NCBI GenBank assembly: GCA_963665325.3
Contig: CAXXWS020000002.1
Coordinates: 192,001-256,000, forward strand
Source of the DNA: Alphaproteobacteria bacterium
GTDB taxonomy: Bacteria; Pseudomonadota; Alphaproteobacteria; Bin95
Direction of reading: 5' to 3'
DNA length: 64,000 nt
The notes beneath the pieces were generated by a model. That model worked only from the letters and a program-made list of their open reading frames with translations. It made no database searches and was not told where the DNA came from. Both the position numbers and the translations under genes were made by a program. Below, piece after piece: positions 54,812 to 64,000 of the stretch; position 1 is the stretch's first letter; every line of letters starts with the position of its first letter.

Positions 54812-55612
54812 CTACTGCTCCGCGCCGACCGCGACGTCGGCGGCGAGGGATTCCGTGCTTTCGCCGTGCATGTGGCCGCGGATGGGGGCGGCGTCGAAGG
54901 CGTCGAGGCCGGAGCCGAGGCGGACATAGGCGTCGGTCGGGCTCTGGCGGTGGGTGGGGTCGAAGCCGACCCAGCCGAGCCCCTCCACCCAGGCCTCCGC
55001 CCAGGCGTGGGTGTCGCCGAGCGGGGCGTTCGGGTCGTGCAGGTAGCCGACGACATAGCGCGCCGGGATTTCCAGGGTCCGGCAGGCGGCGGCGAAGAGA
55101 TGCGCATGGTCCTGGCAGACACCCGCCCCGCGCTCGAGCGCCTCGGCGGCCGTGACGCTGCTGTCGGTCGCGCCCGGACGGTATTCGACCGCGTCGGCGA
55201 CCGCCTCGTTCAGGTTGTGGAGCATCGGAAGCAGGCCGTCGCTCGCTTCGGCGACTTTCTCCGCAAACCCGGGGATGCCGCCCTCTGGCCCGGTGAGCGG
55301 CGAATAGCGCAGGAAGACGGCCGGGCGGTGCGGCGGCCAGCGGCCCAGCATCCCGGCCCTGTCCTCGGTCTCGACCGTGCCCTCGACCGAGACCTCCACG
55401 CGCTCCGGCGGCTCCGGCGCCCGCCAGAGCGCCTCCCTGTCGCCGAAGGAGTTGGTCAGCAGGGGCGAGACCTCGGCCCCGTTCACCCGGACCGACCAGG
55501 CCTCGATGCGCTGCATGGCGTGGTCGGGGGCGAACAGGCGCAGGCGCAGCGTCAATTGCGAGGGCGGCGGGTCGTAGCGGTAAACCGTCTCGTGGCGGAT
55601 GGAGAGGCGCAC
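54812..55612 (-). CDS. transglutaminase family protein
   Basis: I.HET.Y.Y, catalytic GVCQD.AH, ARYV.GY, HAWAE, GW.GFDPT. GTG start 55612. Confidence 0.92.
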   Translation of the reverse strand: MRLSIRHETVYRYDPPPSQLTLRLRLFAPDHAMQRIEAWSVRVNGAEVSPLLTNSFGDREALWRAPEPPERVEVSVEGTVETEDRAGMLGRWPPHRPAVFLRYSPLTGPEGGIPGFAEKVAEASDGLLPMLHNLNEAVADAVEYRPGATDSSVTAAEALERGAGVCQDHAHLFAAACRTLEIPARYVVGYLHDPNAPLGDTHAWAEAWVEGLGWVGFDPTHRQSPTDAYVRLGSGLDAFDAAPIRGHMHGESTESLAADVAVGAEQ

Positions 55613-55623
55613 GGGGTCCCCCC

Positions 55624-56553
55624 TCAGAAATGGTAGGCGCGGGAGAGCTCGCCGGAGAGGCGGCCGTTCAGATGGATCGCCTCCAGCAGGAACTCGTGCA
55701 GCCCTTCGTCGAAGATGTCGTCCATCTCCCGGTCGCGCAGTTGGCTCACGGCTTCCTCGACGGTGGCGTGGCAGCCGTGGCGCGCGCCGTAGCGGTCCGC
55801 CAGGCGGCCGAGCGCTGCGCGCAGGCCGGAATAGCAGAAGGCCAGCGAGCAGGGGAAATCGCGGTTCAGGATCATGAAATGGGCGATCTTCGACGGGCTG
55901 AAATCGCCCCGATAGACATAGTGGAAGGCGCGGACCGCCGATGTGGCCTGCAGCAGGCTGATCCAGCGGTAGCGGTCGCGGCTGTCGAGCACCAGGCCAG
56001 TCTCCGGCAGCAGCACGAAATATTTCACGTCGAGGAGGCGCAAGGTCATGTCGGCGCGTTCGATGAAGGCGCCCGCGGAGAGGAAGTCGTAGCGCTCGCC
56101 GCGCAGCATGGTCGTCTGCGCCGCGCCCCGGAACAGCGCCGAGAGGCTCCGGATGCGCTCGAGCGTGGCCGGCAGGTCGCGTTGGATGGTGGCCGCCTCG
56201 ACGCCGCCGAGCCAGCGCCAGCCGTCGTTCAGCCCCTCCCACATCTCGGCGGTGAGCGCGGTGCGCACGGCGCGGGCATTGTTCCTTGCGCGGTCGAGGC
56301 AGGCCCGGATCGAGGAGGGATTATTCTCGTCCAGAATCAGGCTGCGGCAGACTTCCGCCTCGCCGATCCGTTCGCCGGGGTAGAACGCGGCGCCCGCCCC
56401 GGCCGCGGCCACCACGGAACGCCACTCCTCCTGTCCGTAGGCGCCGGGCAGCATCGCCATGCGCCGGCCCATCTCGACCAGCCGCGCCGTCGCCTCCGCG
56501 CGCTCGATATAGCGCGCCATCCAGAAGAGGCTCTCCGCCGTCCGGCTCAGCAT
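55624..56553 (-). CDS. alpha-E domain protein (DUF403)
   Basis: MLSRTA..LFWMARY.ERAE, AR.NAR.VR, G..IERAD.T.R.LDVKY. Confidence 0.93.
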   Translation of the reverse strand: MLSRTAESLFWMARYIERAEATARLVEMGRRMAMLPGAYGQEEWRSVVAAAGAGAAFYPGERIGEAEVCRSLILDENNPSSIRACLDRARNNARAVRTALTAEMWEGLNDGWRWLGGVEAATIQRDLPATLERIRSLSALFRGAAQTTMLRGERYDFLSAGAFIERADMTLRLLDVKYFVLLPETGLVLDSRDRYRWISLLQATSAVRAFHYVYRGDFSPSKIAHFMILNRDFPCSLAFCYSGLRAALGRLADRYGARHGCHATVEEAVSQLRDREMDDIFDEGLHEFLLEAIHLNGRLSGELSRAYHF

Positions 56554-56623
56554 GGGTACAGCCCCGTCGGGTTCCGGGTGCAGTATAGGCGGGTTTCGCC
56601 CGGCCTGTCCCGCTGGGAGAAGG

Positions 56624-58030
56624 CTAATCCGCCAGCACCCAGGTGTCCTTGACGCCGCCGCCCTGGCTGGAATTGACCACCAGCGAGCCTTCGCGCAGCG
56701 CGACGCGGGTGAGGCCGCCGGGGACGAGGCGGATGGTGCGGCCAATCAGGCAGTAGGGCCGGAAATCGACATGTCGGCCGGCAATGCCCGCCTCGGCAAG
56801 CGAGGGCGATGAGGACAGCTCCAGCGTCGGCTGGGCGATATAGCGCTCCGGGTCGCGCTTGATCTTCTCCGTGAACTCCGCGCGCTCGTCGGTGGTGGAA
56901 TGCGGCCCGATCAGCATGCCGTAGCCACCCGAGCCATGCACTTCCTTCACCACCAGCTCGCTCAACCGCTCCAGCACATAAGCGCGCTCCTCGTCGTGCG
57001 AGCAGCGCCAGGTCGGCACGTTTTCGAGGATCGGCTCCTGCCCGAGATAGAAGCGGATCATCTCCGGCACATAGACATAGACTTCCTTGTCGTCCGCAAT
57101 GCCCGTTCCCGGCGCGGAACAGAGCGTCACGCCGCCCGCGCGGTAGGCGTTGAACAGGCCCGGCACGCCGAGCAGGCTGTCCGGGCTGAAGGAGAGCGGA
57201 TCGAGGTAGGCGTCGTCGATGCGCCGGTAGAGCACATCCACGCGCTGGGGCCCCTGCGTCGTGCGCATCCAGCACAGGCCTTGATCGACGAACAGGTCCT
57301 GCGGTTCGACCAGCTCGATGCCCATCAGGTCGGCGAGGAAGGAATGCTCGTAATAGGCGGAGTTGAACGGCCCCGGCGTCAGCAGCGCGATTACGGGATC
57401 ACCGGTGCAGGCCGGCGGCGCCACCTCCTCCAGCGTGCGGCGCAGCTCCTCCGGATAGACATCGACCGGCTCGACATTGCCGGAGCGGAAGAGTTCCGGG
57501 CAGGTCCGCATCATGCACTCGCGGTTTTCCAGCATGTAGCTGACCCCGGAGGGCGTGCGGCAATTGTCCTCCAGCACCTGGAACTCCTGCTCGCCGGTTC
57601 GCACGATGTCGATGCCGACCACGTGGGAATAGACGCGGCCCGGCGGATCGACGCCGACCATCGCCGGCTCGAAGGCCGGATTTCGATAGACCAGCCGCTC
57701 CGGCACGATGCCGGCGCGCAGGATTTCGCCCCGGTGATAGATATCCTGGAGGAAGGCGTTGAGCGCGAGCGCGCGCTGGCGGATGCCGCGCTCCAGCCGG
57801 CGCCACTCGGCCGCGGCGAACACCCTCGGGATGAGGTCGAAGGGGATCAGCCGCTCCGGGTCCCCGCCCTCGCCATAGACGGCGAAGGTGATGCCGATGC
57901 GGCGGAAGACCGCCTCGGCCTCCGCCGTGTGCCGGCGCAGCGTGTCGAGGCCGCTCGCCTCGATCCAGGCGGCAATATCGTTGTAGGGCGCCCTTAGTCC
58001 GGTGCCGTCGCCGGTCATCTCGTCGAACAT
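56624..58030 (-). CDS. circularly permuted type 2 ATP-grasp protein
   Basis: GITF.VY, ERLIPFD..PR, LEDN.RTPSGVSYMLENR, YRRIDD.YLDP, NSSQGGG.KDTWV. Confidence 0.94.
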   Translation of the reverse strand: MFDEMTGDGTGLRAPYNDIAAWIEASGLDTLRRHTAEAEAVFRRIGITFAVYGEGGDPERLIPFDLIPRVFAAAEWRRLERGIRQRALALNAFLQDIYHRGEILRAGIVPERLVYRNPAFEPAMVGVDPPGRVYSHVVGIDIVRTGEQEFQVLEDNCRTPSGVSYMLENRECMMRTCPELFRSGNVEPVDVYPEELRRTLEEVAPPACTGDPVIALLTPGPFNSAYYEHSFLADLMGIELVEPQDLFVDQGLCWMRTTQGPQRVDVLYRRIDDAYLDPLSFSPDSLLGVPGLFNAYRAGGVTLCSAPGTGIADDKEVYVYVPEMIRFYLGQEPILENVPTWRCSHDEERAYVLERLSELVVKEVHGSGGYGMLIGPHSTTDERAEFTEKIKRDPERYIAQPTLELSSSPSLAEAGIAGRHVDFRPYCLIGRTIRLVPGGLTRVALREGSLVVNSSQGGGVKDTWVLAD

Positions 58031-58079
58031 GCCGGCTCCCTTCCCAACCGGTTCCGCGGAGCGGGGTCGCCGTCTCCCG

Positions 58080-58991
58080 TCAGACCGGGTCCCAGTAGAA
58101 TACATCGCCGTCCCGGTCGAGCGGGGAGAACGCCGCCGTCAGGGCCGGCATGGCGTGTTCGTGGATGGCGGCGGGCGTCCAGCCCTCGCCCCGATGCACG
58201 GACCGCGCCGGGCGGTGCTGGTTGAAGATGAACTGCTCATTGCGGCGCGACGCGAAGATCTGGCCCGTGACGCCGCTCGCGAGGTCGGACAGCAGATACA
58301 CCACCATCGGCGCGATCTGCGCGGGCTGCAGCGTCTTCAGCTTCTCGATGCGCTCCAGCTCCTGCGGTGTGTTGGCGGGAATTGTCTCGATCATGCGTGT
58401 CCAGGCGAAGGGCGACATGCAGTTGGAGCGCACATTGAAACGCTGCATGTCGAGTGCAATCGACTTCGACAGCCCGACGATACCCATCTTCGCCGCGGCA
58501 TAGTTCGCCTGGCCGAAATTGCCGACCAGCCCCGAGGTCGAGGTGAAATGCACCATCGCGCCCGATTCCTGCGCCCGGAAATGGTCCGCCGCATTGCGCG
58601 CCACATTGAACGAGCCCTTGAGGTGCACCGAAATCACCGCATCCCAGTCCGCCTCGCTCATCTTGTGGAAGATCACGTCGCGCAGGATGCCGGCCACATT
58701 CACCACCCCGTCGATGCGCCCGAAGGTCTCCACCGCCAGGCCTACCATCCGGCCCGCCGCCTCGTAGTCGGCAACACTGTCGCCGTTGACGACCGCCTCG
58801 CCGCCAGCGCCCTCGATCATGGCGACGGTCTCCTGCGCCGGGCTCGCATCCACCCCCGCGCCGCCGACATCGCCGCCGAGATCGTTCACGACCACCTGCG
58901 CGCCCTCGCGCGCCGCCAGCACCGCGATCTCGCGCCCGATGCCGCGGCCCGCCCCCGTCACCAGCACAACCTTGCCTTCCAAAACGCCCAT
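58080..58991 (-). CDS. SDR family oxidoreductase (hydroxyacyl-CoA dehydrogenase-like)
   Basis: TGAGRGIG, VVVNDLG, AGILRD, GNFGQANYAAAK. Confidence 0.93.
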   Translation of the reverse strand: MGVLEGKVVLVTGAGRGIGREIAVLAAREGAQVVVNDLGGDVGGAGVDASPAQETVAMIEGAGGEAVVNGDSVADYEAAGRMVGLAVETFGRIDGVVNVAGILRDVIFHKMSEADWDAVISVHLKGSFNVARNAADHFRAQESGAMVHFTSTSGLVGNFGQANYAAAKMGIVGLSKSIALDMQRFNVRSNCMSPFAWTRMIETIPANTPQELERIEKLKTLQPAQIAPMVVYLLSDLASGVTGQIFASRRNEQFIFNQHRPARSVHRGEGWTPAAIHEHAMPALTAAFSPLDRDGDVFYWDPV

Positions 58992-59175
58992 CTATGCGGC
59001 TCCCCAATGTCTCCGGCGGCCAGCATAGATTGCCGCGTCTGCATTCGCGAGCATCGAGAAAGCCCGCGCCCGCCGCCTCGGCCGCAGGCGACGAAACTGC
59101 GTCGGAAGCCCCGCTCGCGCCTACTTTCCGGCCTGTTTTCCGCCTCGGCCAAGGCCCCCGGAACGAGCCTCTGAT

Positions 59176-59204
59176 TTGACGCGTCGACCTGTTACCGGCA
59201 TAAC
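59176..59204 (+). promoter_or_regulatory. sigma70-like promoter of the ABC operon
   Basis: TTGACG (59176-81), 17 nt, CATAAC (59199-204). Confidence 0.55.
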
Positions 59205-59400
59205 GGCCGGGCCAGTAGCCCGGCGACCAGCGGGGCTAAGACATAGCGGCGGCAGGTCCGGAGCTGTCACGACCATCGATGCTCCTGCGCCGCGCCGCTG
59301 CAGAGAGATCGACAAACTTCACATCTGGCCTGGTGGGAGTTTCTGTATCGGACCGCATTGCCCATAACACGACCGGGTGGACAACAGGGAGGACACTAGA

Positions 59401-60981
59401 ATGAAAGACATCAAGAAGTTCCAGCAGATGGTTCGCGACGGCCGGATGGACCGGCGCGATTTCCTCGCGGCCATGGGCGCACTTGGCGTCAGCACTGCCG
59501 CCGCGACAGGCTTCCTGCACTCGTCCAGCGCGCTCGCCGCAACACCGCGCAAAGGCGGCACCGCGCGTTTCGCGAGCAATCTCCACGGGCCGGACGACCA
59601 GATGGACCCGATCGTCTTCACCTCGGGCATCGACTACACGCGCGGCAGGGCCACCTATAACGGCCTCGTCCAGATGCGCGATAACATGGCGCTCGCGCCC
59701 GAGCTGGCCGAGGAATGGTCTGCCAACAGCGACGCCACCGAATACACCTTCAAGATCCGCAAGGGTGTGGAGTTTCACGACGGGTCGCCGCTGACTGCGG
59801 ACGACATCGTCTGGAGCATGAACCGCCATCTCGGCGAGGACACCCCGTCGGTCGCCAAGGCGCTCTTCCAGTCGGTGCAGGAGTGGAAGAAGGTGGACGG
59901 GCACACCGTCCGGGCCATCCTGAAAACGCCCGACTCCGACCTTCCCGCGAAGCTGACCGAGAAGCAGGCCAAGATCGCGAAGATGGGCACGGAGGACTTC
60001 AAGAAGGGCAACGGCACCGGCCCGTTCGTCCTCGAGTCCTTCGAGCCCGGCGTGCGGTCCACCCACACCCGCAACCCGAACTACTGGCGGGACGGGGCGA
60101 GTTTCGAGGCGCTGGAGATCACCGCCATCACCGACCCGCTGTCGCGGGCCAACGCGCTCATCGCCGGCGATGTGGACCTCATTGCCCAGGTCGATTCCAA
60201 GAGCATCTCCCGGGTCGAAGAAGCCGACGGCGTGCGCGTCATCTCGACGCCGACCAGCGCCTACACGGGCATCTGCATCCTGAAGAACACTGCGCCCGGC
60301 CAGAACGACGACTTCGTGAAGGCCATGCAATATATCCAGGACCGCGACCGCATTGTGCGTTCCATCCTCAAGGGGCACGGCACGGTCGGCAACGACCACC
60401 CGGTCGGGCCCGCCTTCGGTCCGGACCATTGCGCCGAGATGGAGCAGCGCGCGTTCGACCCAGACAAGGCCAAGTTCCACCTTGAGAAGTCCGGCGTCAC
60501 CTCGGCCGAACTCTATGTCGCGCCGGTGCGCCTCGGCATCGAGGAAATCTGCCTCCTGATGCAGGCCAATCTCAAGAAGATCGGCTTCGACCTCAGGATC
60601 AAGAAGGTGCCGACGGACGGTTACTGGGGCGCGGTGTGGATGAAGGAGCCGATTAACGTGGTCTCCTGGAACATGCGTCCGACCGCAAATGCGCAAATGG
60701 CCATCCAGTTCGCGCCGGGCGCGGCCTGGAACGACACCTTCTGGAACAATGAGCGGATGGGCGAGCTGCTGACGGCCCAGCTCGCCGAGACCGACGAAGC
60801 CAAGCGCCACGGCATGCTCTGCGAGATGCAGACCCTCATCCACAATGGCAGCGGCATGGTGATCCCCTGCCATGTGAACGAGGTGGACGGCGCCAGCAAC
60901 AAGATCCAGGGCATCCCGAATGTGCCGTTCGGCGCGCTCGGCGCCTATGAGTGGGTCGAGTTCTCATGGATGGACGAGTGA
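59401..60981 (+). CDS. peptide-type (family 5) ABC substrate-binding protein with Tat signal
   Basis: DRRDFL twin-arginine, PELAE.W, FHDG..LTA.D, GTGPF, RNPNYW. SD GGAGG. Confidence 0.93.
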   Translation: MKDIKKFQQMVRDGRMDRRDFLAAMGALGVSTAAATGFLHSSSALAATPRKGGTARFASNLHGPDDQMDPIVFTSGIDYTRGRATYNGLVQMRDNMALAPELAEEWSANSDATEYTFKIRKGVEFHDGSPLTADDIVWSMNRHLGEDTPSVAKALFQSVQEWKKVDGHTVRAILKTPDSDLPAKLTEKQAKIAKMGTEDFKKGNGTGPFVLESFEPGVRSTHTRNPNYWRDGASFEALEITAITDPLSRANALIAGDVDLIAQVDSKSISRVEEADGVRVISTPTSAYTGICILKNTAPGQNDDFVKAMQYIQDRDRIVRSILKGHGTVGNDHPVGPAFGPDHCAEMEQRAFDPDKAKFHLEKSGVTSAELYVAPVRLGIEEICLLMQANLKKIGFDLRIKKVPTDGYWGAVWMKEPINVVSWNMRPTANAQMAIQFAPGAAWNDTFWNNERMGELLTAQLAETDEAKRHGMLCEMQTLIHNGSGMVIPCHVNEVDGASNKIQGIPNVPFGALGAYEWVEFSWMDE

Positions 60982-61011
60982 GTCCGTCCGTGCCGTCGAC
61001 CGGATGAAATT

Positions 61012-61048
61012 GGCCCGCGCGGTTTCGGCCGCGCGGGCCTTTCTTTTC
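61012..61048 (+). terminator. intrinsic terminator after the SBP gene
   Basis: GGCCCGCGCGGT-TTCG-GCCGCGCGGGCC followed by TTTCTTTTC. Confidence 0.85.
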
Positions 61049-61100
61049 GACCGCCTCCGTCCGGCCGACGCATGGCGACCCGTTCGGGATCGTCCATAAT

Positions 61101-62072
61101 ATGGCACTGCTAAACGCGATACTGCGCCGGACCGCGCTCGGCATCGCGACGCTGTTCGTGGTGTCGGTGCTGATCTTCATCGGCACCGCCATTCTGCCGG
61201 GGGACGTCGCCAATATCATTCTCGGCCAGATGGCGACGCCGGAATCCCTGGCGGCGCTGCGCGCCAAGCTCGGCCTGGATGAGCCGGCGCATGTCCGGTA
61301 TTTCATCTGGTTGAGCGACCTGCTGACCGGGGATCTCGGTTTCTCGAAGGCCGGCGCCGGCGCCGGAACCATCGGCACCCCGATTTCCGACATGCTCATG
61401 CCGCGCCTGGCCAACACGCTCAGGCTGGCCACCGCCGTTGCGGTGGTCGCTGTCCCGTTCGCGGTGACGGTGGGTCTGCTGGCCGCGATGTATCCCGGCA
61501 CAAAGCTCGACCGCGCCGTCACCTTCACGACGCTCGGGCTCATCTCCGTGCCGGAATTCCTGGTCGCGACCGTGCTGGTCCTGATCGTGGCGGTCCAGCT
61601 GGGCTGGTTGCCCGCCACCGCCTATATCAGCGGGCAGGAAACCGGCATGAAGCTGGTGCGCGCGCTGGCGATGCCGGCGCTCACCCTGATTATCGTCGCC
61701 TCCTCGCAGATCATGCGCATGACGCGGGCCACGGTGCTCAATGTGATGAGCTCCCCCTATATCGAGATGGCGATCCTCAAGGGCGTGCCGCGCAAGCGGA
61801 TCATCCTCCGCCATGCGCTGCTCAACGCCATCGGGCCCATCGCCAATGTCATCGCGCTCAACCTCGCCTATCTCGTGAGCGGCGTTGTCATCGTCGAGAC
61901 CGTCTTCGCCTATCCGGGGCTGGCGAAGCTGATGATCGACGCCGTGCAGACCCGTGACCTGCCGCTGGTCCAGGCCTGCGCCATGATCTTCTGCGCGACC
62001 TATATCGTACTGATCTTCATCGCGGACATGGTTTCGATCCTGTCGAACCCGAGACTCCGGCATCCGAAATAG
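61101..62072 (+). CDS. ABC transporter permease (DppB-like)
   Basis: LPGD.A..ILG, SVPEF, YIEMA.LKG, ETVF.YPGL, RD.PLVQ. Confidence 0.93.
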   Translation: MALLNAILRRTALGIATLFVVSVLIFIGTAILPGDVANIILGQMATPESLAALRAKLGLDEPAHVRYFIWLSDLLTGDLGFSKAGAGAGTIGTPISDMLMPRLANTLRLATAVAVVAVPFAVTVGLLAAMYPGTKLDRAVTFTTLGLISVPEFLVATVLVLIVAVQLGWLPATAYISGQETGMKLVRALAMPALTLIIVASSQIMRMTRATVLNVMSSPYIEMAILKGVPRKRIILRHALLNAIGPIANVIALNLAYLVSGVVIVETVFAYPGLAKLMIDAVQTRDLPLVQACAMIFCATYIVLIFIADMVSILSNPRLRHPK

Positions 62073-62083
62073 AGGTATCGCTC

Positions 62084-63018
62084 ATGGCCGAGAAAATCGA
62101 CACGACCGATACCGAAGTCAGGTTCGAGGAACTGCCGGACGCGCCGCCCCGGCGGCGGCTGCGGCTCTCCTGGAGCGGTAAACTCGGGGTCTGCGTCGTC
62201 GCTTTCTGGATGGCGATCGTGTTCGTCGGTCCGTCGATCTCGCCCTATCACGAGGCGGACATTCTGGATGAGGCGTTATTCATCGTGCCGGGCAGCGACA
62301 ATCCCTATCCCGAGACCGACTACCAGCCGCCGAGCGGTATCGCGTGGCTCGGCACCGACTATCTCGGACGCGACATACTCTCCCGGACGCTATACGGCGC
62401 GCGCACGACCATCGGTATCTCTCTGGCATCTACCCTGCTCGCCTATCTCGTCGGGTCACGCTCGGAATCGCGGCGGCGGTCGGCGGGACCGTCATGGATT
62501 CCACGCTGAGCCGCTTCAACGACGCCATCCTGTCGATCCCGAGCATCATGCTCGCGCTGGTGATGATCGCCGCCATAGGCAGCACCATCCCGATCCTGAT
62601 CGTGCTGACCGGCCTCATATACGCCGCCACCGTGTTCCGGATAGCCCGGTCGCTCGGGCTGGACGTGAAGGTCAGCGACTTCGTCGAGGCGGCGCGGGTG
62701 CGCGGCGAGGGCCTGTGGTGGATCATCACCCGGGAGATCCTGCCCAATGTCGCCATGCCGATGGCGACCGATTTCGGACTGCGTTTCGTCTATGTCATCC
62801 TTTTCATCTCGAGCCTGAGCTTCCTCGGTCTCGGCGTGCAGCCGCCGCAGTCGGACTGGGGCAGCATGGTCCGGGAGAACCTCTCCGGGCTGCCCTACGG
62901 CGCCGTCGCGCCGCTGGTGCCGGCGCTCGCGATCGCGACCCTTACAATCGCCATCAACCTCATCGTGGACGATGTTTCCGCCCATGCCGGGGGCCGGCTG
63001 GCGAAAAGGATGATCTGA
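62084..63018 (+). pseudogene. ABC transporter permease (DppC-like) split by a single-base frameshift
   Basis: N-half (LGTDYLGRDILSR.LYGAR) and C-half (FVEAAR.RGE, LSFLGLGVQPP..DWG) join if one G is added to GGG at 62453-62455; may be a sequencing error. Confidence 0.75.
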
Positions 63019-64000
63019 TGCCCGCGCTCCTTGAAATCGACAGCCTGACGATCGATGCGCGCAAGGACGACGGCAGCCTGGCGCCCATCGTCAAGGGCGT
63101 GAGCTTCGACATCCAACGCGGAGAAGTGGTCGCGCTGATCGGCGAGTCGGGGTCGGGAAAGACCACCATCGCGCTCTCGGCGCTGGGCTACTCGAAGCCC
63201 GGCCTGGAGTTCACCGGCGGCGAGGTCCGCCTTGACGGGCGCGACGTGATCTCCATGCCGCCGGACGAGAAACGCGACATGCGCGGCCAGCGCGTCGCCT
63301 ATCTCGCCCAGAGCGCCGCCGCGACCTTCAATCCCGCCCTGACCATCGGCGAACAGGTGACAGAATCGCCTATCCTCCACGGCCAGATGAGCCGCGAAGC
63401 GGCCGAGGAACGGGCGGAGGAACTCTACCGGGCGCTCGAACTGCCCGACCCGGACCGGCTCGGCAAACGCTACCCCCACCAGGTATCGGGCGGCCAGTTG
63501 CAGCGGCTGATGGCGGCCATGGCGCTTTGCGGCAAGCCGGACCTGCTGATTCTGGACGAGCCGACCACGGCCCTCGACGTCACGACCCAGATCGAGGTGC
63601 TCAAGGCCTTCAAGTCGGTCATAAGGCAGGAGGGGTCGGCGGCGCTCTATGTCACCCATGACCTGTCGGTCGTCGCGCAGATCGCAGACCGCATCGTCGT
63701 GTTGTATGCGGGCGACATTTTGGAGCATGGGGACGCCGACCAGGTGGTCAACCGGCCGGCCCACGAATATACCCGGCGCCTGATGGCGGCCGTGCGCCCG
63801 CCTCCCGCCGCCGGACAGGGCGATGCGGCATTGGCCGAGCACTTGCGGGACAGTCCCGCTCTCGAAGTAAAGGACATCAGCGCGGGCTACGGCCGGCGCA
63901 TGGACGGCTCGGTGGCGGTCAAGGTGCTGCGCGACGTCAACATGAGCGTGCAGCGCGGACATACGATCGGGATCATCGGCGAGTCGGGCTGCGGCAAGTC
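63018..64000 (+). CDS. ABC transporter double ATP-binding protein (3' partial)
   Basis: ATG 63018 overlaps the upstream [31 protein letters not shown]; second Walker A GESGCGK at the window end. Confidence 0.93.
   Translation, partial: MPALLEIDSLTIDARKDDGSLAPIVKGVSFDIQRGEVVALIGESGSGKTTIALSALGYSKPGLEFTGGEVRLDGRDVISMPPDEKRDMRGQRVAYLAQSAAATFNPALTIGEQVTESPILHGQMSREAAEERAEELYRALELPDPDRLGKRYPHQVSGGQLQRLMAAMALCGKPDLLILDEPTTALDVTTQIEVLKAFKSVIRQEGSAALYVTHDLSVVAQIADRIVVLYAGDILEHGDADQVVNRPAHEYTRRLMAAVRPPPAAGQGDAALAEHLRDSPALEVKDISAGYGRRMDGSVAVKVLRDVNMSVQRGHTIGIIGESGCGK

Overview
High-GC alphaproteobacterial chromosomal segment, about 60 CDS. Calx-beta autotransporter, Uma2 and multiple toxin-antitoxin loci are compatible with a host-associated (e.g. 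sponge) lineage; this is an inference. Core genes: rpe, a CobB-type sirtuin, pgk, mnmE, tldD, the aa3 cytochrome c oxidase cluster (coxB-coxA-ctaB-small ORF-ctaG-coxC-SURF1), thrC, an M16 peptidase, yejABEF, an ATP-grasp/alpha-E/transglutaminase operon and a peptide-type ABC transporter cut by the window end, plus many catabolic enzymes. Four small accessory cassettes sit between core genes with no integrase: (i) a Phd-VapC pair whose antitoxin has an extra ~98-aa N-terminal HTH-like region; (ii) a mini defence island with a stand-alone IS630-type HTH, an orphan DinJ/RelB C-terminal peptide, a Dsr1-like SIR2 protein and a Uma2 nuclease flanked by a degenerate direct repeat; (iii) a low-GC pair of a His-cluster protein and a DUF1828/DUF1829 protein, the best candidate for an undescribed defence or TA system; (iv) a DUF6516 (TumE-like)-HTH pair. 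Also seen: two structured 5' leaders, and two conserved genes (SURF1, mnmE) without a canonical start codon. No tRNA, rRNA or CRISPR array was seen. All family calls come from motif recognition by eye, not database searches.
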